Shown here piece after piece: positions 48,678 through 60,129 of a DNA stretch of 64,000 nt. How positions within the stretch are numbered: the stretch's first letter is position 1; every line of letters begins with the position of its first letter. Position numbers and translations under genes: made by a program. The notes below the pieces were generated by a model that saw only the letters and a list, made by a program, of their open reading frames with translations, ran no database searches and was not told the origin of the DNA. The stretch comes from Vicugna vicugna (Eukaryota): assembly GCA_013265495.1 (NCBI GenBank), contig MU058718.1, positions 1,674,001-1,738,000 of the forward strand, written 5' to 3'.

Positions 48678-51422
48678 GAAGTTGACTTCAAAAAATTCTG
48701 CTTCAGTTGACAAGAGATGGGTCTCCCAGGAAAGAGCTCTCCTACAGCCATACCCACCCAGCTTAGGTCTGAGGTCCTGATACCAAAAACCTAAAACACA
48801 GCAGAAGAGAATTCCTGTGCTTTTAGAGCCCTTTTTTCCAGGGCGGGATGCTTCACTCCTATCCAAGCCAAGTGGCAGGATCCACTGAATGCTGCCTTGC
48901 ATGCTCCTTGTCATCAGCCTGTCCTTTGTCAGAACACTGGATGCCCTTTTCCTGCTGTAAGACAGATACTGAATCACCACATTATACTCTCTGACCCTGC
49001 GGGGCCACGGAACAATATCATAATGTCAAACTGGGTCTGAAAAGAGCTTTGTGTGGGATGAGACAAGACTCTAAAGATAGCAGAGCTGCTGAATCACTTA
49101 GGGTATGACCACACATGGTGCTGTGCTCAACTTTGCTGGGGAAAGCTGGTGTCAGAAGCCCCTGGTAAATCTCTGGGCTGATGATGGTGGGTGGGAGGGT
49201 GACCTTGGAAGCAAGTTGTACTTAACCCAGAGATCAGGAAGCCTATGGGAAGAAACTCAAGTTGTAAACCCTAGTAAATAAAATTTTAAATTTGCTGATC
49301 GAATAAAAGCATGCTATTGAATAACAGGTAGTTCTCCTTGGAAGCAGGTGCACTGCATTTTTTTGTTTCTGTTTTTTGTTTTTTGTTTTTTTAATATTAA
49401 ATCTTCAGAGAGTTACACGATAGATGGCAGCCTGGAAATATGCTGATGTGTCCTGGCAGAATTTCAGACATAATGATTTTTTTTTTCTGTGTAAGCCTCC
49501 CATCAGTGGGAAGGCAAGCCCTGCCAAGACTGAGGAACCCAAGCTGGAAGCAGGGAGGCTCCACCACTCAGGCCATGGAGACCCGCCAAGACTCCAAGGC
49601 CAAATCGGAAACAACCACGTTGAGTTCATTAAAACAACTGAATGATCAAAGGCATGCAAGCCTTCACAAAGGCAAAAAATTAATCTGTTTAATACTTGGC
49701 TAAATTCTCATCTGTTGGAGTAAATTTGAAACGAAATTCATCAAACTTCCCCTCTTCCTGTGGAAAAATCCTTTGCATTCCTCAGAATGTCCAGAAGGTG
49801 GCAGAAGCGTTCTTTGTTTCTGCAACAGCTCTGTTTCCCCCAAATTAATGTGAATAGGTGTGTCTGGGTATAATGCGTCAAATGTAAATAGACATTCGCA
49901 GGACATAAGGAATTATATTCAAACATGAATAGGCAGAACTTCACTTGTCAATCTCTTTTTGAAGAAGGAAATATCCCCAAGAAATGGTAAGAATCAAAAA
50001 ATAAACCATGACCATCAATGAAATGGCCGATGGGAGAACCACAGCCCAACAACTTGGACCCTGTAAATGTACCTCTTGTGGCCTCTGTGAGCCTCTCTTC
50101 CCCCAGACCAACTTCTCATCTCCCTTCCCTTTAATCCTTAAAGACTTGTGCACATCCCTGGGTCATCAGAAATCTGTAGCCCCACCATTAAGCTGACGAA
50201 GCTTGAAGATGCAGAGGGAAATTTCTTCCTGCAAAGACCCCTGTCCTCCCCTCAGCCTGCCTCCTGTGCGAGGCCAGCCTCCACAACCAGAGGTTTATCC
50301 ACAGCCTTGGACATTAGGAATATTGATTCCTGTTGGACAGACTGCAGCTGGTGTAGGACCTCAGATGCCTCAGCTTCCTGGGAAGACAAGATGTAGAATA
50401 TTCATGTGGTCCATCATGAGGAACAAAACTCATTAAAAGGCCATAGAAATTCACAAAAAGTCTTTTGCTGTTCATTTCATGAAGTGAAAACATTTATTCC
50501 GGCCAGATCCAGGGAGGGGGAGAAAATGTTTTCTGTGGCTCCAATTTCCCACTCTCTAGTATGGAAATGAATCAGTAGTAGCTGGGAGGAGTGAAATCAA
50601 AGATTTCCTTTTCAACAGTCATAAATCCAGGCAAACCCTGTCTGGTGCAGCACTTGACAGGGCTTGTAAATTCTGAAGTGACTGAATTATGTATTTCAAT
50701 AGTAATCCCTTACAAAATTAATAGGAAGTGCTAAATTAGGACAAATGGCCTCCACTGGGACCCAGATGCTTAAGTCTAGACGAGGTAGAAAGTGTGAAAA
50801 GTTAGGAACGATACTGATTCTTTCCGAGTTTCTTGAAGGAACTAAGTTCTCCGAGCATGGAATGTAAATACTTAGGGAGCAGCCTGAGTCCCAGCTGTGT
50901 GTGTAGGAAGATTCCGAAATATCGGGGCCTGGACGTAGAACTGGTGGTGTGAGGAGGGACACGGGAGCCCGCAGGGACAGACCGATTTCAAGGGGAAAGA
51001 GAGAGGCTGCTTCAAGACAAACGGGAGGTGTGACTGTTGACAGAGCACAGTGCCTGTCACTCAGCCTGTCTTGCAGCCCTCTTCCTGGACTCACATCTGA
51101 CTCCCTGACAGACAGAGAAAACGCTGAAACATGGCAACATTCCTGGTCTCCTTTGCAGTGGTGGCCGTGTTGATGGTGGCAGCAAAAGCCAGCCTTGGGC
51201 AGTGTTCGGGCTGACACCACCACCCTCAGGCTGAGGAGCAGCAGTACCCACAGGGCGCGGTGCCTTCGGGGTTGGAGGGCATCTGGGGCACTGCTGCTCT
51301 GGCCGTTGGTGGGAAAGAGGCATCAGCACCGGACGAAGCTGCATCACGGTGACCCAGGGGAGGAAGAAGAAAACAACAGACCTTCTGTTGTGACCAGAGA
51401 GTTAGTCTTCAGAGAACTTGAT

Positions 51423-51912
51423 TATCAGAGGCTGAATAATGACCCCTCCAAAGATGCCCATGTCCTCATCCCCAAACCTGTGAATACGTTAACTTACATG
51501 GTGAAGGGGACTTTGCAGACGTGATTCAGTAAAGGATCTTGAGATGGAAAGGTTATCCTGGATCATTTGAGTGGGGCACATGTAATCCCAAGGGTCCTTA
51601 TTAAGAGGAAGGCAGGAGACTCAGAGTCTGAGATGTGACAACAGAATCAGAGGTCGGAGAGACAGAGATCTGAAGGCCCTACATCACGAGCTCTAAAGAT
51701 AGAGAATGGGGCCCCCAAGCTAAGGAATGCAGGTGGCCTTTAGAAGCTGGAAAAAAGGCAAAGAAACTGGTTCTCCCTTAGAACTTCTGGAGGGATCATG
51801 GCCCTTCTGACGCATTTTAGTTATAGTTCTGACCTTCAGATCTATTAGAAAAGGAGTGTATGTTGATTGAGTGTGCGGTGATTTGTCACAGCAGCAATAG
51901 GGAAATGATACA
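51423..51912 (+). mobile_element. MLT1D MaLR solo LTR
   Basis: AGGCTGAATAATGACCCC...AAAGATGCCCATGTCCTCATCCCC...GGGACTTTGCAGACGTGATT...CAGCAGCAATAGGGAAATGATACA. Confidence 0.9.
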
Positions 51913-53149
51913 CTGGTGATAGACTCCTTTAAGGGCTTTCAGGATCATTTGCGAGACTAAGGAGGCTCAGATTCCCACAGAACACAAGAAAGCAGAGCCA
52001 GGAGGTTTGGGGGCCCTTCTCACTCCGTCTGTGTGAATAGGGGATGAGGGCAGAGTAGGGGTGACTAGACCTACAGGTCTACTTTACAGTCCACATTTCT
52101 TCAGCAGAACACTTCATCTTAAATCTCACCCGGAATCTTCCTTCCAATAGTCAGCATCTGTTTTCTGCATCACTCTAAGATTCCAGACCAAACTATGCAT
52201 TATTCTGCTCTCTTCCCTTCCCTTCCCTTCAAGAACTTCTGAGAGGCCAGTGGTGCCATGAGCCCCTCAAAAGATACCACATATATCCATAAATGAGCTC
52301 CCAAGTCATTCGAAACCCTGAGCCTCAAGCCCATCCCTATCTTACGGATACTAACAATGTAGCATTTCTGAGTCACTTGCTCTAGATTTTAGTTCAACCC
52401 TCAAAAGCATCTTGCTGACGAGACATTCTAGAAATGTCTTCAAATGTTTGTCCTAAGACTACAGAAAAAATCCAGCCTGCCCACCTGAGGTTCAAGACTC
52501 TCTTCTCAGCCAGGTAATCATTAAAGATGGAGGACTATTTTTCAGGGCCCAGAAAAGTATTTGAGTTGGCTGTATCCACCCAGTACTTTCTGCCAAATGA
52601 ATCAGTTGTTTCTTCCCCAAAATCAAATGTGTCTAGATCTGAACAATAAATACAGTCCTCCTATTAGTAGCCATTACAGTTCAGTTTTACTAATATTGAA
52701 CTCTTATCTCTGATTACAATGGAGCTCAGGGAATACACAAAAGATTGCCATTAACAAATGATTTCCAAACTTCATTTTATCTTTGATAAAATTTCTCTTA
52801 AGAAGTAAACCTTGACCCTGACATTCAAGGGCTGGAAACAACCTGCTCCGTGGTCCACCCCAGCTAGACTTGTCCTCTGAACAAGTTAGACAACCTTGGA
52901 CATGTCACAGCCTTTTTTGAATTTCTGTCTCCTCCAGTCTCCTGCACGATACTTCCACATTTGTTTTAATATTAAATGTTTCATTTGCCTGCCAGTTAAA
53001 TTATTTAACATTTCTTCTTTACATTTTCAAGTTGAAATTGACACTGGAGGAAATGCTTCTCATTTATACTGTGAGGTCAAGTATTCTACCAGGGAGATGA
53101 GTGCCCTAGTTTGAAAAGCATGGGTGATTATCCCTGCTAACATGCCTGC

Positions 53150-53610
53150 TAGCTCTACCACCACGTGGGCCCGTATGCTATATACTCCCATCCTCCTTGC
53201 TTGGGCTCACTTCATTTTTTTCACCTTCTTCTTTCTTCACCATTTGGAAATGCCCTCTTCTTCCACCAATTTTCCAACCTTTGAAGGTCAACTAATGTCC
53301 CACCTCCTCCAGAGAGCCTTCCCTGATTACAGCTATTCTAAGAAATCCCTCTCTCCTTCAGATTCATGGCACTCATCCTGTGAGGCATTCAGTTGAAATA
53401 TAATTATATCTTCCTTATGATGCCTTCGACTGGCACTTGTATTTTTTTCTCTTGTTTTTTCACGCCTCTGATCTTCCAGAGATCAGAGAGCATGGAAGCT
53501 ATTGTTTTGCATTCCCTGCAGCACCTACATCTGTGCCTTGCCCACGAGAAGCACTCATTCATTTATTATTTAGCCATTCAACATTTATGTATTAAACTAT
53601 GTGCTAATTC
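53150..53610. mobile_element. L2 fragments
   Basis: GGAAATGCCCTCTTC...CCTTTGAAGGTCAACT...CACCTCCTCCAGAGAGCCTTCCCTGATT (+) followed by CATTCAACATTTATGTATT (-). Confidence 0.6.
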
Positions 53611-54454
53611 ACAATTGTTGCCTTAACAAGAAGCAAAATGACTCATGTAATCAAAAACTGAATAGTTCAATTCTTAATAACTCAGAATTTATCCTTCTCA
53701 TTTAAGCTTTACTCTTGGTTAACATTACAGGGTAATTTCTCTATTGGCAAGTTTAAACTGCATATATTCTAAACAGGTTTTGAATATGGGATGGCTGTGC
53801 ATGTTCTTGTAATTACAATTGACACAAAGTGCTACAGGTTAATTAAGTGCCTACAGGAAGCAGATTTTGCAGACTTATAAACTGCAGAAATTACCAAGAC
53901 TGACAGAAATAACACTTCCTACAAGCTCACTTGGGAAACTGCGTGTTACATGACAGCATAATTGCTTTTATTTAATCACATTTTGCCTTTAGGGCACATA
54001 GGTGTGTGCTTGTTCAGTTCCTTCGGTGGCAATAAAGTAGATGCCCTTGATCCACTTTGTAACCAGAATTAATGGCTACCTGCCGTTTCTCCCATAAATC
54101 TTGAGTTTCAAGTATTATAACTAAGTACATAAAAATCACATTAAACTGAAAGTTACCATCAAAATTATTAAAGCAGTTTCCATTTTAACACAAATCAAAG
54201 TGGATTACATTCCTCACATAAATTGTGTACCTAAGAACCGAAGTCCCCAGATAGTCCAAAGGGTCATTCCCGTGTTTTGTCTCACAGACTACACAAAATA
54301 GTCTCCATTTCAAAAATACATGCATTTACTTCGTTTTATGAACTGGTTGCTTTTTGCTATTTCACCTGCATGGAACCTGGCAAATTATTTCCCTTGGGAA
54401 TGAAACCACGTGAGCGGTTCTGAGCAGTGAGTGTAATTGGAGAATCTTGGTCAC

Positions 54455-54468
54455 GCGCCACCTGGTGG
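54455..54468 (-). promoter_or_regulatory. Strong CTCF motif
   Basis: Minus strand CCACCAGGTGGCGC matches CCASYAGRKGGCRS at every position; CpGs retained in AT-rich non-repeat DNA. Confidence 0.7.
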
Positions 54469-54574
54469 TCAGATAAATATTTTCCTTCCATAGGTACCGG
54501 TTTTTCTGAGAAGTTGGTCAACTATATTTTTGCATTAAAATCACGAATACTTAATCAACTCTTAGTCTTGTGGC

Positions 54575-54790
54575 ATATTGAGCTGCTGGAGGGAATATTC
54601 AAATCAGATTAATACTGATTCAAATCTCAACTCCGGTATTTTTTGTTACCAATTTCTTTACTTTGGACCAGTAGCTCGAACTCTCTGGGGCTCAGTTTTC
54701 TCATTCATGTCATGAAGTTGATGTTAGGAAAGACATAAAGTGAATAAAATAATGCCTTGGATAGAGTAGACATCGATAAGTGGTACCCAT
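54575..54790 (+). mobile_element. MIR
   Basis: GATTCAAATCTCAACTCC...ACCTTTGGACCAGTAGCTCGAACTCTCTGGGGCTCAGTTTTCTCAT. Confidence 0.7.
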
Positions 54791-54819
54791 AGTTGCTCTC
54801 ATTCTCATTTTATCAGCGT

Positions 54820-55050
54820 TATGTTTGTATGTATTGAATGCTTACTATATACCTAAAGCATATGTTCTTTACCTGTATTACTTCAGTCAATTCTCATAAG
54901 AACCCTATCAAGTTGGCATTATTATTTATCAGTTTAAAAATAACAAAGCTAACAGTAAGTTAAATGAGTGACTCAGGATCATACAGCAGATCCCAGCCGG
55001 GATTCAGACTTGACTCTCCTGTGCCAATGCCTCACCACTATGCTTAACTG
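54820..55050 (-). mobile_element. MIR
   Basis: TGTATTGAATGCTTACTAT...AATTCTCATAAGAACCCTAT...GGATCATACAGC...GGGATTCAGAC. Confidence 0.7.
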
Positions 55051-56159
55051 CTACTATGATCATGAGTAATGATCACGGTGGTAATTTTGATAATGATAAA
55101 AATATTTCGTGGGATTCCCTTAATAAAAATATCTTTTCCTTGTACAAAGGTCATTGGAAATTTCATGAGAACATTTCTCTCTTTTTCCTCTAGTATACAA
55201 AAAGCACAGTGAAAAGCTACCCATTCTATCTTAGACAGAGGATGCTAAAACGATTTCTTTGACAGACATTATCACCTCCCAGTGTTTCCTCCCAGGGAAC
55301 TATCGGAGATGCTTCATACACTTTTCTATCAGAAACTTTTAGCAATAGAATTCATTTAGATAAACATTTGTCTTCAAGCCAATTTGTTTCCAGGAACAGC
55401 CCAGAGGAACTCAATGTTCTGCACTCTATTGCCTTCTTATATTAAAATAGAATATAAATATAATAAACTAAAAATGTTTGAGATATTATCTTTAACATTG
55501 TATTACAAAAGTAATTATTGTAATTTTAGGAAATTATAAGTAATCCAAAAGATAAACAGTAACCATAGTCATACTATGTGGGGAGCATTATTAATACTTG
55601 TGCTGTAAGTCCTTTAGTCCTTTTCTCTTTGCAAATACATTTTTTAATGGCACCATGCTATATATCCTGTTTTAAACCTAAATTTTCATTTAATATTAAT
55701 TAGTAAGGACTTGCTCTGCCATATTTGGGTGCCAACCAGCCTCCATCTTTCTAGTCCAGAAAACATTCAGGTGACTTAAAAGCCCCTCAAGCATTTTAAA
55801 TTAGGAACTGAATAATTCTGTAAGTGAAGGCACAGACTGAAAACTTGTGAAATACAACCTCAACTTAGCTATAAACAACTCTCTTCCTTGTCTTTAAAGC
55901 ATACCTTTATTTCATTGAGTATTATTCATTCAGTTAAAACATAATCACCAGATAGCACAAGGTCCTGTGCCAAGCACATAAGAGGCACCAATATGAATAA
56001 GATACACCATTGTGGCATGTTTGGGGGAGCCAGGTGCTATGCTAAGTACTTCATGAAAATCGAAGGCGTGCAGTATGGGGTGAGGCTGAGATACAAATAT
56101 GTTTTAGGTCTAAAGGCTGGACACTTCTTCCCCAGATCTGTTGCATTCTCCAGTTTTTA

Positions 56160-56285
56160 TAGAGTCTGTTTTGTAAATAAGTTCACTTGTGTCCCTTCCC
56201 TCCTTTTTTTTTTCATTCCATTTATGAGTGATATTATATGGTATTTTTCTTTCTCTTCCTGGCTAAGTTCACATAGTATGATCAT
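56160..56285 (-). mobile_element. Short L1 3'UTR fragment
   Basis: GAGTCTGTTTTGTAAATAAGTTCACTTGTG...GTGATATTATATGGTATTTTTCTTTCTC matches the L1 text at 44393-44500 in this window. Confidence 0.8.
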
Positions 56286-57529
56286 TGCCCAGAGGGATCA
56301 CAGGCCCTGAGACCTCGAAGGGCTCAGTGGGAAGTGGAACTAGAGGGTACAAGTATCAAGTTCTTGAGTTTTGAGTACAAAAGACAGAGCAAGCAGCCAA
56401 TGCAGAGGGCCAGAGCAGGTGATCTGCGCAGTTGTGAGCAGCCACTGAAGCCACGCCCAGCACTGCAGACAGGAAGTGGGCTTGTGACAAAGCATGAGCA
56501 ACCTTTGACGCTTACCTTCACATGGTATAACATGAGGGAGCCACCAAACACCCACACTCGAAATATCTCCCTGAGGAGTCCAATACTGAAGCCGAAATTC
56601 CAAGCTGTCAAGTCACTGATGAGTAACTTAGATTTGGTATCTCTAAAACCATAGATGCATAATGAGATACTGGCTTCCTTCCCCCACTAACAGCTTAGTG
56701 ACTCCTGCTTTCCCTAAGGAAGGGGAAGCTGCGTATCAAGGCTCTGGAGCCAGGGGATAAGTGATGGAGTTGGCAGGACCAGAGCACCCAGAGGGCAGCT
56801 AGCTTCGGCATGCTGCAACTGGGTTCAAGGCTTGCAAGCTGAGGAAGGGCAGAAGCAAAAATAACAAGGTAGTGAGGACCTTCCAGTGAAACCCAGGCAT
56901 GGTTTGGATAACTCAGCACATGCATTTATAGCTAATGGCAGTGTAAGTTATCCCTGGACATCAGTAAATCATGAATACCTCACTCAGTGCCCACCTCTGC
57001 AGCCCTCATGGGTTAGTGCAATGGTCAGCAGCAAGTAGGGTGAGCACACAGGACGAAGATCACAGCAGGCCATGCCCCTTCCCTTTGTCCATGCCTCTGT
57101 GTTCTATTTCTCTGCCATGTAATCCAATTTTGTCCTCTCAAGTTTTTGAATCCTAACAAATGGTTGTTTTCCAGAGGAATAAATAAACCTGTAATTATTT
57201 CATTGATTCAAATGCACAGTGAACATTAGAGCAACTCCAGGAGCAGAAATGTCAGATAGATGCCTTAGGGGTCATGCCCCAGAGCTAACCACATTGACCT
57301 ATGGAACAACCATAGCTGATACCAAGAAGTTAAGGCATGTTAGGTGAATAAATCTCTAATTAACATCAATTGTAAGCAATAAACTGCTATATTGGGAAGA
57401 CATCTCCATAGAGATCATGCTGTGATGGCCTCATATGGTTCTGGATTTAGTCAGCACTCCCGTTTCTAAGCATACATCCGATACTAAATGGTATCAGAAA
57501 CCATAAAAATGATCAGCCCACTGGCCTAG

Positions 57530-57720
57530 TAATTTCACAGCCCCCTCAAAGAAAATTTAACCTGAGCATACCACAGAATCACCCAGAGAGCTTGCTAAAA
57601 CCAGACTCCTAGGCCCCACCACCACCAGGTCCAGTTCAGTAGGTCTGAGAATTTGCAGTTCCAATCAGCTCTCAGGCGATGCTGTTGTGCCTTTCTGTGG
57701 ATCACACTCTGAGAACTGTT
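57530..57720. mobile_element. MER5A-like DNA transposon
   Basis: CAGAATCACCCAGAGAGCTTGCTAAAACCAGACTCCTAGGCCCCAC...TTCAGTAGGTCTG...CACACTCTGAGAAC. Confidence 0.75.
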
Positions 57721-59374
57721 TGAAAGTGTTTGCCCACCCCTTTTACTTTTGTCCTCCATGTTGCCTTTAGAATCTAATGCTGGTATAATACTAGGTTCTA
57801 CAGATGAAGTATAAAGTAAGTGCCCAGAAGATGCCAGGCCACAACAGGGCCATTATCATATATTGGGCACTAAAATTAAATTGTGTAGTATATAACAGCA
57901 TAGAACCGCGCAGGACATTACCTTAAATAGTTATATAGAAGTCCCTGTCTTTCAGAGCGCTCAGTGTGCTTCCTGTGTCTTCTTTTTACTGGATATGTAA
58001 GAACTATAAAAATGTATTCGATAAAGAAGATATGTACAAAAACAACTGATTTCCAAATCAACAGCCTGTGACTGCTCAGACCATAAGACTAACCAAAGTG
58101 CTTTGTATTAGCTAGTGCAATTAAGTGACTTAAGAGAAAAAGGTAATGGTGTCATTACATTTGCTAGGATGCAAACAATTAAGGTTTACATTTAATAGGG
58201 TATATGCAAAAAGGCACTTTATTGTTAATGTATCAAAATAATTGGATCATGTCATTGAAATGAAAGAGGAAACTTAATTCAGAAAAGCAGGGACATTTTG
58301 ATCTTGAAACACAAAGACAGTGTTTGTCCGTTATCTAACGAAAGATAGCTGTTGCTGCAGAATTGTATTGCCAAGTCAGCGGCTTTACTGCAAAAACAAG
58401 CACCATAATTACAGCATTAGAAATGCACATTGTATTTTCCATTAATTCTGATGCTTAAGCTTGTATGTGAGGAAGAAAATGTTATTTGGCAGCAAGAAGC
58501 CACTCTCTGAAATTTTAGCTTAAAATGTAAGAGTTTGGGAAACTAATTTAGATGAAATGTGTAGAGAACAGCTGAAAGAAACAACAAATTGCTTTAAAGG
58601 GAGGTTTTCATAACTGTGTATTTAACTTTTGACCTATCCTAAATGCAAGACATCTTCCCTAAACGCAAGGAGAGCATTTCCCAAAATATTTTCTGAAAAT
58701 TTCCTATAATCTTTAAATCCTAAGAGTTTTCTATGTTTATCTCATACAACTGAAATATGTTAAATTAGTAGATATTAAGCAGTATAAATTCTGTTACATT
58801 GAAGAGAAATTATAATCTATATTTTGTGTTTCATGTTTGCTTTTTTATACATCTAAGCAACTTCAAGTTTGTTTAGATGTATAAAATTTTAAATTTTAAA
58901 CATTAAACTCTACTTGCTGGCTGTTCAAATATTTTTCTGACCTTATGTTAGTAGATACATTCATTCAATAAATACTTACTGGGTGTGCACCATACATAAG
59001 TGAAGGCTGTAAAAAAAAAAATACAGATATAATCTCTTCCCTAAAGGAAAAAGCAAATTGCTTTAAAGGGAGGTTTTTCACAACTGTGGAATTTTAACAT
59101 ATGAACTACTTTTAATATAGAATGCCCTTCCTATATGTAAAAGAAAGGGGCTAGCATAAAGTTTTCCAAATTCATAAAATTCCATGGCTGAATAAGTTTT
59201 AGAAATACTGATTCTTATTTATAGACTCATAAGTAATTCTCGTATAAGGATCATAAAAGCCAAAAAACATGGCTTTCATAAAGTTGACTACTTCATTCAC
59301 CTCACTTTCCACCAACTAGTCCATCAGTAAATCATGTGGTTTCTACTTAAAAATGTATCTCCAATCAGTTTGTG

Positions 59375-60125
59375 AAAAGACACCAAGCAATAATAACCAA
59401 AAGATTTGTGTCATATAGCATATATTCTCTGACATCATTAAATTAAACTGCAACTCAGTGACAGAAAGATAACTAGAAAATCTCCAAATGTTCATAAATT
59501 AGGTGACATACTTCTAAATAACCATTGAGTTAAACAAGAAATCATGAGTGAAATAAGAAAATATTTTGATCAGAAGAACAATGAAACATGACACATCAAA
59601 GCTTGTGAAATGCAGCTAACACAGTGCTCAGGGGGAAATTTATAGCTCTAAACACATTTATAAGAAAAGAAGGAAGGTTGAAAAATCTGTAATATACCTC
59701 CTAAAGCAAGAAAAAGAATAGCAAATTAAACCCAAAGTAGAAAAAAGTAAATAATAAATTAAAATAAAAGCAAAACTCAGTGAAAGAGGAAATATATGTA
59801 TAATAGAGATAATCCACAAAGATAAAAGTTGGTTCTTTGATAATCTGAAAGAAATGAAAGGGAAATATCAGCATATAGATATTAAAAAGATCATAAGAGG
59901 CTATTATGAGCATTTTGGTGTCAAAGTTAATAATGATAATAATTTCATCTGAAAAGTCAGGTAAAACAAATTCCTTGAAAATTAAAACTTACCAAAATTG
60001 ACACAAGAAGATATAGAAAATCTGTATAGTTTTATATCTATTTTAAAAATTAAATCCATAATTAAAATTCTTCCAACAAAGAAACTCCAAGATTCAGTCG
60101 CTTTGCTAGTGAATTTTCCAAATAT
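59375..60125 (+). mobile_element. Old L1M ORF2 fragment
   Basis: GACATACTTCTAAATA...GAAATGCAGCTAACACAGTGCTCAGGGGGAAATTTATAGC; ORF 59998 starts TQEDIENL...IKILPTKK (L1 ORF2). Confidence 0.85.
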
Positions 60126-60129
60126 GCCC

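Noticed and set aside
50696..51223. 175-aa minus-strand ORF, the longest in the track
   Set aside because: Non-ATG start, no recognisable domain, overlaps probable ancient LTR sequence.
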